Shown here: piece by piece, positions 1 through 8,971 of the stretch | Layout: the number at the start of each line of letters is the position of its first letter | How positions within the stretch are numbered: the stretch's first letter is position 1 | From: Metabacillus sp. | GTDB taxonomy: Bacteria; Bacillota; Bacilli; Bacillales; Bacillaceae | DNA: 41,435 nucleotides | Direction of reading: 5' to 3' | Assembly (NCBI GenBank): GCA_035645575.1 | Contig: DASQMK010000604.1 | Span: forward strand, 1 to 41,435 | Notes under the pieces: model-generated | What the model saw: only the letters and a program-made list of their open reading frames with translations | The model's database searches: none | What the model was told of the DNA's origin: nothing | Program-made: the position numbers and the translations under genes

Positions 1-49
1 CAGTCAATTCAAAGTCTGAGAATCTTTTTATTATGTCTTTTACATCCAT
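1..49 (-). CDS. 5' end of a gene running off the window (MDVKDIIKRFSDFELT...), product unknown
   Basis: ATG at 49-47 on the minus strand, preceded by a GGGGGTGAG Shine-Dalgarno; frame open to the window edge. Confidence 0.6.
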   Translation of the reverse strand, partial: MDVKDIIKRFSDFELT

Positions 50-191
50 GTTCTCACCCCCTCTCATGGGGGAGACTATAAAATATTACTATACAAGTTT
101 AAATTTGGTAATTAAGAAATTTGGAAAAATGAGAGATTTCAAAATTATTCACATAAAATGTGGAACTAGGTGGTTAGTTGTAAGTTCGTAG

Positions 192-234
192 TTCGCTTGG
201 ATACTGCATTAGTGACACAAAAAGCGACGTAAAA
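192..234. repeat. ~43-bp intergenic repeat, copy R1
   Basis: ttcgcttggatactgcattagtgacacaaaaagcgacgtaaaa; 34 of 43 positions match the copy at 944-985 by manual alignment. Confidence 0.7.
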
Positions 235-255
235 GTTTTAAAAAGGAAAATTTAT

Positions 256-287
256 AAAAAAAGAGCAGTGATTTTCCACTACTCTTT
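256..287 (-). terminator. Intrinsic terminator of the DUF3231 gene
   Basis: Minus strand aaagagtagtg-gaaaat-cactgctcttt hairpin followed by a U-tract, just after the stop codon. Confidence 0.7.
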
Positions 288-298
288 AAATGGATACT

Positions 299-808
299 TT
301 AACAATCTCCATTATGGACGTGAAGTGGGGGAGGAATAAGCCAGCCTTTTTCCTTATTAAGTCTTAGGTATTTTCCCCCGAGTGTAGCTTTTTGGGTATG
401 TAACTGGGCAAACATCATTGCTATATCTTCCCTAATAGATTCTCCAATTATTGTACTGCATGCAACTAACCCAGCGGAAATATCTTTTGATACAGAAGCT
501 GAAATTTCTGGATCGGCAAACCTTGCTCCAACAGGAATGTCTTCTAAACGTGCATTAGGACGTTCAGGGGGAGTTGGAGGTAAACCAACACCGTTTTCTT
601 TTAACAAAGCTTCTATTTGTTGGATTTCTTGTTTTCCCAGGTCTATTGCTTCTTTAAGCAATTTTTGTAAATCGCCATCACCTGCGTGATTTATGAAAGT
701 TTGATATCCAGCAACTAAACCTTTAGTTGTCATTAGATAAGACCATGTTCCAAAAACTTCACCATAGTGCATTGGTTCATCTTTGGGATTGCCACTTAAT
801 ATTCCCAT
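299..808 (-). CDS. DUF3231 family protein (ferritin-like fold, sporulation-associated)
   Basis: MGILSGNPKDEPMHYGEVF...GWLIPPPLH is typical of Bacillus DUF3231. Start moved to ATG 808 because AGGAGGA lies just upstream. Confidence 0.85.
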   Translation of the reverse strand: MGILSGNPKDEPMHYGEVFGTWSYLMTTKGLVAGYQTFINHAGDGDLQKLLKEAIDLGKQEIQQIEALLKENGVGLPPTPPERPNARLEDIPVGARFADPEISASVSKDISAGLVACSTIIGESIREDIAMMFAQLHTQKATLGGKYLRLNKEKGWLIPPPLHVHNGDC

Positions 809-854
809 TGTTATCCTCCTTAAGAAATTCATTTAGCACCTTCTTTCACAATAA

Positions 855-884
855 TAATGTGTTCTGTTTATGGGATTATTATTC
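855..884 (-). promoter_or_regulatory. Candidate sigma-G (forespore) promoter for the DUF3231 gene
   Basis: Minus strand GAATA-N18-CACATTA, compared with the sigma-G consensus GHATA-N18-CATAHTA. Confidence 0.45.
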
Positions 885-943
885 ACTATAGGGAAGATTT
901 GTAATAATAGAGGGGGAATGGAGGATTTCTAATTATCTCGCAA

Positions 944-985
944 TTCGCTAAGATACTGCATTGGTGAAACATTTGCGAAGTAAAA
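944..985. repeat. ~42-bp intergenic repeat, copy R2
   Basis: ttcgctaagatactgcattggtgaaacatttgcgaagtaaaa; matches R1 and has TTCGC...GCGAA inverted ends. Confidence 0.7.
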
Positions 986-1010
986 AAAGAAGTGAAAAAG
1001 AGTCACTTCT
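981..1010 (-). terminator. Intrinsic terminator overlapping the stop codon of the 44-aa ORF
   Basis: Minus strand agaagtga-ctctttt-tcacttct followed by a U-run. Confidence 0.6.
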
Positions 1011-1137
1011 TAAAACTTCCACCAGTTACTTGTTTATCATGCATTATAGTTAGAATAAGCATCACAATACTAAAAATCGATGACAATATTGTACTGACTA
1101 TATGTAATGTAATTAGAAAATCTAACTTATTTTTCAT
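1003..1137 (-). CDS. Small single-pass membrane peptide, 44 aa (MKNKLDFLITLHIVSTILSSIFSIVMLILTIMHDKQVTGGSFKK), not in the ORF track
   Basis: GGGAGTG Shine-Dalgarno, ATG at 1137, TGA at 1005-1003, one hydrophobic stretch, basic tail, own terminator. Confidence 0.65.
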   Translation of the reverse strand: MKNKLDFLITLHIVSTILSSIFSIVMLILTIMHDKQVTGGSFKK

Positions 1138-1204
1138 ATAAACACTCCCCAGAGATTTTATAGTTAGGTTTTACAAAACCTTTATTTTAATTCAGAGTAA
1201 GTTT

Positions 1205-1231
1205 AGATTCTGCACTAGTTACATAAAATGC
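1205..1231. repeat. Degenerate third copy (R3) of the intergenic repeat
   Basis: agattctgcactagttacataaaatgc aligns with the core gatactgcattagtgacacaaaaagc of R1. Confidence 0.5.
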
Positions 1232-1582
1232 AATTGATAAAGCGACATTTATTATGTATGAAATATTCTTCTTAAATAATGGTGGTAGGGCAGATCTCAT
1301 TTATTTATCAGCTCCTGTTAAACACTGCCTAATACCCTAAAACCTGATATCCTTGCCAGTTTAAAAACATGTTTCTTCGGAAATTCACTAAGCCTATTGC
1401 TAAATCGTTAAATAATAGATAATAGCAAATGGGACTGGATAAGACAAATAAATAAGATCGTTTTTTTGAAATCCAAACACATTTTCTATTATTGAATAGT
1501 ATAAATAGAAAGCATCATTATATTACAAGATTAGGTGAACTGTGCGTAACCTTAAAAAAATTTAATGTAAAAGGAGGTAACC

Positions 1583-2065
1583 ATGGATCGAATTGGAAAT
1601 TTTCCTGAGTACCTTTTAGTGGAACATGATAGGAGGCATCGGAGAAATAGGAACATGGGGCAATTGCGTTCTGGTGACGGACTTGAATTCCTTTCATTTC
1701 ACCGAAATTATTTACAGAAAGCTTTAGAATGGTATAACAGTCAAGGATTGAATCAAAGATCAGTTGCTGCGTGGAGTTCTATTCCTTCTGAAATTACAAG
1801 ACATCCTGGATGGACAAGAGCACTTCAAAATGCTGAAAATCAAATAATGAGAAACCTGTCATCCTTTAACTCAGCTGATGAACTAGGGCGTTTTCTGCAA
1901 ACAACCTCTCTGCATAATGCTGTACATGTGATAGGCAGTGAAGTCTATAATGACACTGACTTTGCTCGAATTTCTCTCTCACCGAGAAGTACACTTTTTT
2001 ATAATTGGCACGGGCTCATCGATAATTGGTGGAGACAGCTAGAAAATCAGGTGATTGGAGACTAA
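1583..2065 (+). CDS. Minimal type-3 dicopper (tyrosinase/hemocyanin-like) domain protein
   Basis: AAGGAGG RBS. Six His in a type-3 copper pattern: H15-x3-H19...FLSFH40R and H111NAVH115...FYNWH143GLIDNWW. Confidence 0.75.
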   Translation: MDRIGNFPEYLLVEHDRRHRRNRNMGQLRSGDGLEFLSFHRNYLQKALEWYNSQGLNQRSVAAWSSIPSEITRHPGWTRALQNAENQIMRNLSSFNSADELGRFLQTTSLHNAVHVIGSEVYNDTDFARISLSPRSTLFYNWHGLIDNWWRQLENQVIGD

Positions 2066-2561
2066 GTAGTTTAATCGTCTCAGCGCAATTGTAGTGAGAT
2101 TATTCCTAACTTCATGATCACCACTTTATTATTGCATAAGATATACGATTTTATTAGGTATCTATATATCTACAAAAAACTCTTCTTAAAAAGCAGCGAA
2201 GGGTTTGATTTTATTTTTCTTCTCTACTTTTTTCCATATATAATGGATGTTCAAGATCTAAAATAATTTCTTCCCATATTGGTAGATGATTAGAAGCACT
2301 TTTTTCATTTCACTTTCTCCTTATTAGATTTGTAAATTTCTCGTAAAAATATTCTAACTTTTTGGCAAACGAACAGAAATTTTAATAGAGTCTGACTGCT
2401 TCAAATGGGAGATTTTTAATGGGAAGATGTGAAAACAAGACTTTAGGATGATATAAATAACAATCATTTCATCATTTTTCTCCTAGATAAAACGATTATT
2501 TCGTTATTCTCTAGGAGAAAGGGTTTTCTATAGAGTAGGATTTATTACCTGATTTTGCTTG

Positions 2562-2600
2562 TAAATCAATTTTTTACAATCTATCAATCTAGTATTTACA
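2562..2600 (+). promoter_or_regulatory. Pho box (PhoP~P site) upstream of glpQ
   Basis: TAAATC-N5-TTTACA-N5-TCAATC-N5-TTTACA with 11-bp period; consensus TT(A/T/C)ACA. glpQ is a known Pho regulon gene in B. subtilis. Confidence 0.6.
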
Positions 2601-2649
2601 TTCTCCTTGTAATGTAAGTAATGAACTTACATAAAGGAGTGAAATAGAA

Positions 2650-3552
2650 TTGAATAAAAGTTTAAAAAAGACAGCATTACTATGTTTGACATTAGGATTT
2701 GCTCTTCAAGCTTCTTTACCTGGTGCGCTTGCTGCTGAAAAATCCAACTTTCCAACAACTGAATCAAAACTATTAAATGTTGCCCATCGTGGTGCATCTG
2801 GACATGCTCCCGAGCATACGATTGCTGCCTACGAATTAGGTGAGCAAATGAAGGGTGATTATATTGAGGTCGACCTTCAAATGACAAAGGATGGACACCT
2901 CATTGCCATGCATGATGAAACAGTAGACCGCACAACGAACGGTACTGGATTGGTTAAGGATAAAACATTAGAGGAAATAAAAGAGCTTGACGCAGGCTCA
3001 TGGTTTAACGAAAAGTATCCTGAATATGCAAAAAAGGAATATAAAGGACTTCAAGTTCCGACGCTAGAAGAGGTTTTTGAAACATTTGGCCGTGGTGCTG
3101 ACTACTACATTGAAACAAAGTCACCAGACGTATACCCTGGTATGGAGGAAAAATTACTAGAATTACTAGAAGAATATAAACTTACTGGTGTAAATGGCCG
3201 CTCAAGCCATGTCATTATCCAATCGTTTAGTCAAGAAAGCTTATTAAAAATACACGAACTAAATCCAAATATTCCATTGGTTCAGCTTAAATCGTACCGT
3301 ACCCCAGCATCCATTACTGATGAAGAGATCGAGACATTGAAAGAGTATGCAATAGGCGTAGGTCCAAACTTTAAGCAAATTGACCAGGCATACGTAGAAA
3401 AGGTAAGAGAGAACGGCCTGCAAATTCACCCATATACAATAAATGAGAAGGAAGACATGAGAAAGGCATTAGAATGGGGAGTTACAGGTTTATTTACAAA
3501 TTTTCCAGACCGATATAATGAGGTTTTGAAAGAATTTAACAGTGGGAAATAA
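2650..3552 (+). CDS. glpQ: Secreted glycerophosphodiester phosphodiesterase
   Basis: Signal peptide; GDPD motifs [37 protein letters not shown]; TTG start with AAGGAG RBS. Confidence 0.92.
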   Translation: MNKSLKKTALLCLTLGFALQASLPGALAAEKSNFPTTESKLLNVAHRGASGHAPEHTIAAYELGEQMKGDYIEVDLQMTKDGHLIAMHDETVDRTTNGTGLVKDKTLEEIKELDAGSWFNEKYPEYAKKEYKGLQVPTLEEVFETFGRGADYYIETKSPDVYPGMEEKLLELLEEYKLTGVNGRSSHVIIQSFSQESLLKIHELNPNIPLVQLKSYRTPASITDEEIETLKEYAIGVGPNFKQIDQAYVEKVRENGLQIHPYTINEKEDMRKALEWGVTGLFTNFPDRYNEVLKEFNSGK

Positions 3553-3563
3553 AACGGTTTTCA

Positions 3564-3598
3564 AAAAACTAGCAGGTGTATAACCTGCTAGTTTTTTT
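3564..3598 (+). terminator. Intrinsic terminator after glpQ
   Basis: aaaaaactagcagg-tgtataa-cctgctagttttttt. Confidence 0.85.
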
Positions 3599-3756
3599 AC
3601 ATATAATGCAGCATTTTACATTTATAGAATAAGTAAAAATTTTAATTTGTTAACTGAAAAAATAGGAGTGAAGTGAACAAACTCTTAGTCAGCAAGTGCG
3701 CTATTGAATTGTTCTACAAGTAAATACTGACATAAAAGCAGTAACCTATTCTTCTT

Positions 3757-4740
3757 TCAAAACTCGTATTGTATATTTTTTTTCTTTAAATAATAATCTA
3801 CATTTTCCTTTGTTACTAACTTATAAGGAAGAAAGTATGACTTTGCAATCGTACCTCCTTTGGCAAGGACTAAGGCAGCCTCTAATGAAAGTTTTGCCTG
3901 CCCATCCGCATCTTGATATACTGTAGCATCAATTTCATCATTTTTTATTGCTTTTAAAGCATCATTAATACCATCTGTGCCAATAATTAAGATTTCATTG
4001 CGTAAATTTTTTTCAATTAAAAACTTACTTGCTCCTAATGCCATTTCATCGTTATGGGCGACTATCGCATTTATTGACTTCCCATATTTCTCAAACAACT
4101 TCTCTAATTGATGATAAGCCTCTTGTTCAGACCATTGACCAGAAACCTCCTCAAATACTCTGATTTCCGGATAGTTTTTTAATGTGTTGTTAATGCCCAA
4201 ATTCCGTTGGATCGTTGAGGATTGTTCAGATTTTCCTTTTAAAATAACAATGTTTCCTGTTTTATTTAGCCTTTCAGCAATAAATTGCATCGAAATTTCA
4301 CCAGCTTCGATATCATTGGAACCAATATAAGATACCGGTTTATTGGAGTTTACTAGTGTATTGACGACAACTACTGGTATTTTTTCTTGAACTGCAAGAT
4401 TAATTCCTTCCGTATTCCCCTCAAAATCAGCCGAATTTAAAATTAGAACATCGACCTTTTTTTCAATCATCTCTTTGATCTGATCCATTTGTGTGCTATT
4501 ATTACCTGCTACTTTTGTAATAAGATCAATTTTTTTCTTTTCTGCTTCATTGATCATAATTTTTCTAATCGCGTTTGGAAATTCATAAGAACCTAAAAAT
4601 GTTGCCCCAATCAAAATTTTGTCATTAGCTTTGTCTTGTATGGAGTTATTTTTGGGGTTTTTGGCAACAGTTAATGGGGAGGAATAACTAAGCTGTTGAA
4701 AAAAAACAAGTAAAACAAAGAATAGAATACATTTTTTCAT
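3757..4740 (-). CDS. RbsB-like sugar-binding protein, divergent; probable sensor component
   Basis: Periplasmic binding protein type 1 motifs (IGSNDIEAG, AHNDEMALGA, GTDG, ATVYQ); N-terminal hydrophobic segment without a clear lipobox. Confidence 0.85.
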   Translation of the reverse strand: MKKCILFFVLLVFFQQLSYSSPLTVAKNPKNNSIQDKANDKILIGATFLGSYEFPNAIRKIMINEAEKKKIDLITKVAGNNSTQMDQIKEMIEKKVDVLILNSADFEGNTEGINLAVQEKIPVVVVNTLVNSNKPVSYIGSNDIEAGEISMQFIAERLNKTGNIVILKGKSEQSSTIQRNLGINNTLKNYPEIRVFEEVSGQWSEQEAYHQLEKLFEKYGKSINAIVAHNDEMALGASKFLIEKNLRNEILIIGTDGINDALKAIKNDEIDATVYQDADGQAKLSLEAALVLAKGGTIAKSYFLPYKLVTKENVDYYLKKKNIQYEF

Positions 4741-4773
4741 TATGGCAAACTCCCTAAAAAAAGTCTCAATACC

Positions 4774-4787
4774 AGCAAGCGGTTACA
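4774..4787. promoter_or_regulatory. cre site (CcpA) in the divergent promoter region
   Basis: AGCAAGCGGTTACA matches TGWAANCGNTNWCA at 12 of 14 positions. Confidence 0.55.
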
Positions 4788-4896
4788 TAAGTGAGAATAA
4801 TACGAAAAAACATAAATAAAAATTCCGAATTGTTTAAATATCATTATACCTTATTTACTACTACAATCAAGTTAAGTAATGAATGGGGGGGGTCAT

Positions 4897-6393
4897 ATGG
4901 AGCAGGAACAAGAATACATCCTTAAAATGAAAGGGATTACAAAGGAGTTCCCAGGTGTTAAGGCTTTAAGTAATGTAGATTTGAATATCAAGCCAGGAAC
5001 AGTTCACGCCTTAATGGGTGAGAATGGAGCAGGAAAATCCACTTTAATGAAAATTCTAATCGGAATGTATGCGGAGTACGACGGTGAAATTATTTTTAAC
5101 GGGGAGACAGTGAACTTCAATGATATCAAGCAAGCGTTAGACAAGGGAATATCTATGATTCATCAGGAGTTAACATATGTAGAGAATATGACAATTGCTG
5201 AAAATATTTTCCTAGGAAAAGAACCATCTTTAAAAAAGATCTGGGTAAACGAAAAAACAATGTTAGATAAAACAAAAGAATTACTAAATCGCATTGGAAT
5301 GGATTTAAATCCTAAGACCTTGATGAGGGATTTGAGTGTATCAGAAAAGCAAATGGTTGAAATAGCGAAGGCAATTTCTTATGACTCAAAAATCATCATT
5401 ATGGATGAACCGACATCGGCCATTTCTGATCGAGAAGTAGATCTATTATTTTCTATTATCCATGATTTGAAAAAAGATAACGTCGCAATAATTTATATTT
5501 CTCACAAAATGGATGAGATTTTTAAGATTTCAGATCAGTTGACCATCCTTAGAGATGGTACGTTTATAGGAACCTATGATACTGATGAAATTACAATTGA
5601 TACACTTGTTTCCTTAATGGTCGGTCGTCAACTGACTGATTTATTTCCAAAAAGAGAAAATGCAATAGGCGAAATTATTCTAAGTGTTAACGGACTTAGA
5701 AAGGATAGCGTTTACAGTGATATATCCTTTCATGTTCGGAAAGGAGAAATTCTTGGTATCGCTGGTTTAATGGGTGCTGGGAGAACAGAAGTAGTGAACA
5801 GCATTTTTGGATTGGAGCCTTATGATGAGGGAGAAGTAAAAATACATGGAGAAAGAGTTGAGATCAAATCACCCGCAGATGCTATTAATTTAGGAATTGG
5901 CTTAGTAAGTGAAGATCGAAAACATATCGGCTTAGTGCTTCCATTATCAGTCAGAGAAAACATGACATTGCCAAATTTACACTTAATCTCTAGTTTTTCA
6001 GTTGTTTCAAAGGAAAAGGAGAAAAACATCGTGAGTAATATGATTCAAAATCTCTCGATTAAAACACCACATAGTGATCAATTAGTAAAAAATTTAAGTG
6101 GAGGCAATCAGCAAAAAATTGTTATCGCAAAGTCGCTATTGAGAGATCCCGATGTCCTTATTTTAGATGAACCAACAAGGGGAATTGATATTGGGGCAAA
6201 ATCTGAAATCTATCAGCTCATTAGCAACCTAGCAGATGAAGGGAAAGCGATTATTATGGTTTCGTCAGAATTACCGGAAATTCTAGGTCTGAGTGATCGG
6301 ATTCTTGTATTACACGAAGGAAGAATAACAGGGGAATTAAATAAGGAAGAGGCAAACCAGGAAAAAATAATGAAATTTGCAGTTGGAGGTTAA
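4897..6393 (+). CDS. Monosaccharide (CUT2) ABC transporter ATP-binding protein, RbsA/MglA-like
   Basis: Two ABC domains: GENGAGKSTL, IIMDEPTS, LSGGNQQK, ILDEPTRG. Start placed at ATG 4897 after a G-run RBS. Confidence 0.93.
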   Translation: MEQEQEYILKMKGITKEFPGVKALSNVDLNIKPGTVHALMGENGAGKSTLMKILIGMYAEYDGEIIFNGETVNFNDIKQALDKGISMIHQELTYVENMTIAENIFLGKEPSLKKIWVNEKTMLDKTKELLNRIGMDLNPKTLMRDLSVSEKQMVEIAKAISYDSKIIIMDEPTSAISDREVDLLFSIIHDLKKDNVAIIYISHKMDEIFKISDQLTILRDGTFIGTYDTDEITIDTLVSLMVGRQLTDLFPKRENAIGEIILSVNGLRKDSVYSDISFHVRKGEILGIAGLMGAGRTEVVNSIFGLEPYDEGEVKIHGERVEIKSPADAINLGIGLVSEDRKHIGLVLPLSVRENMTLPNLHLISSFSVVSKEKEKNIVSNMIQNLSIKTPHSDQLVKNLSGGNQQKIVIAKSLLRDPDVLILDEPTRGIDIGAKSEIYQLISNLADEGKAIIMVSSELPEILGLSDRILVLHEGRITGELNKEEANQEKIMKFAVGG

Positions 6394-6414
6394 AAAGATA
6401 AAAGGAGTTAAATT

Positions 6415-7407
6415 ATGGAGAATTTAAATGTTCAAAGGAAAGAAAAAAACTCTGCATTTGGACTTAAAAATCGTTTGAATTTAAAGGGTGATACCTTAAA
6501 AACGTATGGATTATTGTTAGCCTTGCTGATTGTATGCACCATCTTCTCAATCCTATCACCTGTTTTTTTGCAGCCATTAAACCTTATGAATATCTTAAAT
6601 CAGGTTGCAATCAACGCCATTCTCGCAATAGGTGTTACTTATGTCATCCTGATTGGCGGAATTGACCTTGGTTTAGGTTCTTATGTGGCGATTACAGGAT
6701 GTCTTGCAGCTATGTTTGCACATCCTGGAACGTATCCGCTTTTTATTCCTATTATCTTAGCTATTCTTGCCGGGGCAATGATTGGAACAGTAAATGGCTT
6801 TTTTGTTACTAAGGCCAAATTAGCGCCTTTTATTGTCACTTTAGGGATGATGACCATTGCCCGCGGTGGAGCTCTGGTGATCAGTGGAGGGCGCCCAATC
6901 TCAAACCTTTCACCGGAATTTAACCTAATCGGCGGCGGAGCATTGTTTGGAATTCCGATCCCTGTCATTATCTTAGCAGTAGTATTTATTGTTTCATATT
7001 TTATTCTCAAAAAAACTACCTATGGCCGATATATCTATGCCATTGGAGGTAATGAAGAGGCAGCCCGTGCCTCAGGTATCAATGTAAAAAGAATCAAATT
7101 ATCTGTTTACATCATTTCAGGGGCCTTAGCAGGTTTAGCAGGATTAATTCAGGCATCAAGAATCACCACGGGACAACCGAATGTTGGTGTAGGTTATGAA
7201 TTGGATGCAATTGCAGCAGTTGTTATTGGCGGAACAAGTCTCATGGGTGGTGTAGGTACCGTAATGGGGACAGTTATTGGAGCTTTGATTATAGGAGTCA
7301 TTAATAATGGTCTGGATCTTCTTAACGTATCGTCCTATTACCAGCAAATTATTAAAGGTCTTATTATTATTGGGGCACTGTTAATCGATAGAAGAAAATC
7401 TAGTTAA
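6415..7407 (+). CDS. Monosaccharide ABC transporter permease, RbsC-like
   Basis: Multi-TM; GGIDL, YGRYIYAIGGNEEAARASGI, YELDAIAAVVIGGTSL. Confidence 0.93.
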   Translation: MENLNVQRKEKNSAFGLKNRLNLKGDTLKTYGLLLALLIVCTIFSILSPVFLQPLNLMNILNQVAINAILAIGVTYVILIGGIDLGLGSYVAITGCLAAMFAHPGTYPLFIPIILAILAGAMIGTVNGFFVTKAKLAPFIVTLGMMTIARGGALVISGGRPISNLSPEFNLIGGGALFGIPIPVIILAVVFIVSYFILKKTTYGRYIYAIGGNEEAARASGINVKRIKLSVYIISGALAGLAGLIQASRITTGQPNVGVGYELDAIAAVVIGGTSLMGGVGTVMGTVIGALIIGVINNGLDLLNVSSYYQQIIKGLIIIGALLIDRRKSS

Positions 7408-7442
7408 TAGAAGCAAAAAATTAACCAAAAGGAGAACAGCAT

Positions 7443-8396
7443 ATGAAAAATTTAAAAAGTTTTTTAGTATTCCTATCGATAACTATTTTGCTAGTTGGGT
7501 GCGGACCGCAAACAACTGGTACAAGTGAAAATTCGGAGGAAAAGAAAGATGATGGCAAAATAGTCATTGGTGTTAGCATGTTAAATCTAAGTAATGAATT
7601 TATTGTCCAAATTAAGGATGGTATTGAAGCAACGGCGAAAGAATTAGGAGTTGAAGTCGTTATTACTGATGCAGAAAAAAGTGCCGATAAACAGCTCCAG
7701 CAAGTAGACAGTTTTATTGCTCAAGGAGTAGATGCTATTATTGTAAATCCAGTTGAAACAGAAGCATCTTCACCAGCAATTGAAAAAGCAAAGGCCGCAG
7801 GTATTCCAGTTATTAATGTGAATGGTGTAACAACAGCGGAGCCAGATGCATTCGTTGGTTCAAAGGATGAAGAATCAGCTGAAATCGCAATTAATTTTAT
7901 TGCAGATCAATTAGGCGGTAAAGGAAATATCGTGATGATGCATGGTCACCCAGGACAGGCAGCTGAAATTAAGAGAACAGATGGTGCCGTCGAAGCACTT
8001 AAAAATTATCCGGATTTGAAAATTATTGCGGAACAAACAGCCAATTGGTCAAGGGAAGAAGCATTAACATTAATGGATAACTGGTTATTAGCTCATAAGG
8101 GGAAAATTGATGCCGTTTTTGCTCAAAATGACGAAATGGGAATGGGTGCCCTTCAAGCTCTTGAAAAAGCTGGTCAAAACGACATTGTTTTAATTAGTAT
8201 AGACGCCATCGCTGATGCGTTGCAGGCTGTTAAAGATGGAAGGCTTGATGCAACTGTATTCCAAAACTCAACAGATCAAGGTGGAGGATCCGTTGAAGCT
8301 GCAGTAAAATTAGCAAAAGGCGAAACTGTTGAAAAAGAAGTATTCATTCCATTTGAGTTAGTGACAAAAGAAAATGTAGATAATTATTTAAAGTAA
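7443..8396 (+). CDS. Monosaccharide/polyol ABC substrate-binding lipoprotein
   Basis: Lipobox LLVGC; motifs ANWSREEA, AQNDEMGMGA, ATVFQN. Confidence 0.92.
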   Translation: MKNLKSFLVFLSITILLVGCGPQTTGTSENSEEKKDDGKIVIGVSMLNLSNEFIVQIKDGIEATAKELGVEVVITDAEKSADKQLQQVDSFIAQGVDAIIVNPVETEASSPAIEKAKAAGIPVINVNGVTTAEPDAFVGSKDEESAEIAINFIADQLGGKGNIVMMHGHPGQAAEIKRTDGAVEALKNYPDLKIIAEQTANWSREEALTLMDNWLLAHKGKIDAVFAQNDEMGMGALQALEKAGQNDIVLISIDAIADALQAVKDGRLDATVFQNSTDQGGGSVEAAVKLAKGETVEKEVFIPFELVTKENVDNYLK

Positions 8397-8435
8397 GAAG
8401 GAACGACTAAAACTATTAAAAGGAGGAAAATAATA

Positions 8436-8810
8436 ATGCAAGAGAAAAAGAATGGTACCACAGTATGGTATATCCCGGATGGGTTTATACCCGAAAAAAG
8501 CTCAGGAAACCTTGAGAGTCATGAAGCAATATGTATCTTAAACTGTAATGATCAGGATGCTGAAATAGAAGTAACAGCATATTTTGAGGAACAAGAGCCT
8601 ATAGAAAATATTAGATTCATCACTCAAGGAAAAAGAACAAAACACATACGAACTGAATTCCTTGAAGCAAACGGCAAAAAAATTAAGAGGGGTATACCTT
8701 ATGCATTGCAAATTGAAAGCAGCCTTCCTATAATCGTTCAGTTTAGTAGAATGGATGCCACACAGGCAGAGAACACATTAATGACGACCATTGCCTTTCC
8801 TGGAGAATAG
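8436..8810 (+). CDS. Sensory rhodopsin transducer (ASRT) family beta-sandwich protein
   Basis: Pattern G-TVWYIPDGFIP...SHEAICILN...YFEEQEP...RTKHIR...PYA..IESSLPIIVQFSRMD...LMTTIAF recognised as ASRT; AGGAGG RBS. Confidence 0.85.
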   Translation: MQEKKNGTTVWYIPDGFIPEKSSGNLESHEAICILNCNDQDAEIEVTAYFEEQEPIENIRFITQGKRTKHIRTEFLEANGKKIKRGIPYALQIESSLPIIVQFSRMDATQAENTLMTTIAFPGE

Positions 8811-8910
8811 GAATCGTAATTTGTCTCTTACCTATAATTAGATGAATAGAATCATTTCTTTTCAACTCATCTTAATAGAACGATTGAATGTTTTTCAATT
8901 TTATCAAGTG

Positions 8911-8950
8911 TGAAAACGGTATCTCCCACTGTAGGAAATGTTGCTATAAT
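8911..8950 (+). promoter_or_regulatory. cre site plus extended -10 promoter for the two-component genes
   Basis: TGAAAACGGTATCT (8911-8924) resembles cre; TGcTATAAT at 8942-8950. Confidence 0.5.
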
Positions 8951-8971
8951 AAAAAATGAATAGATTAAATA

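Noticed and set aside
192-1231. R1-R3 as a CRISPR array
   Set aside because: Spacing is hundreds of bases with whole genes between copies, the repeats are degenerate, and there are no cas genes.
4885-4892. G8 tract as a phase-variation switch
   Set aside because: Short, and explained as the RBS of the ATPase gene.
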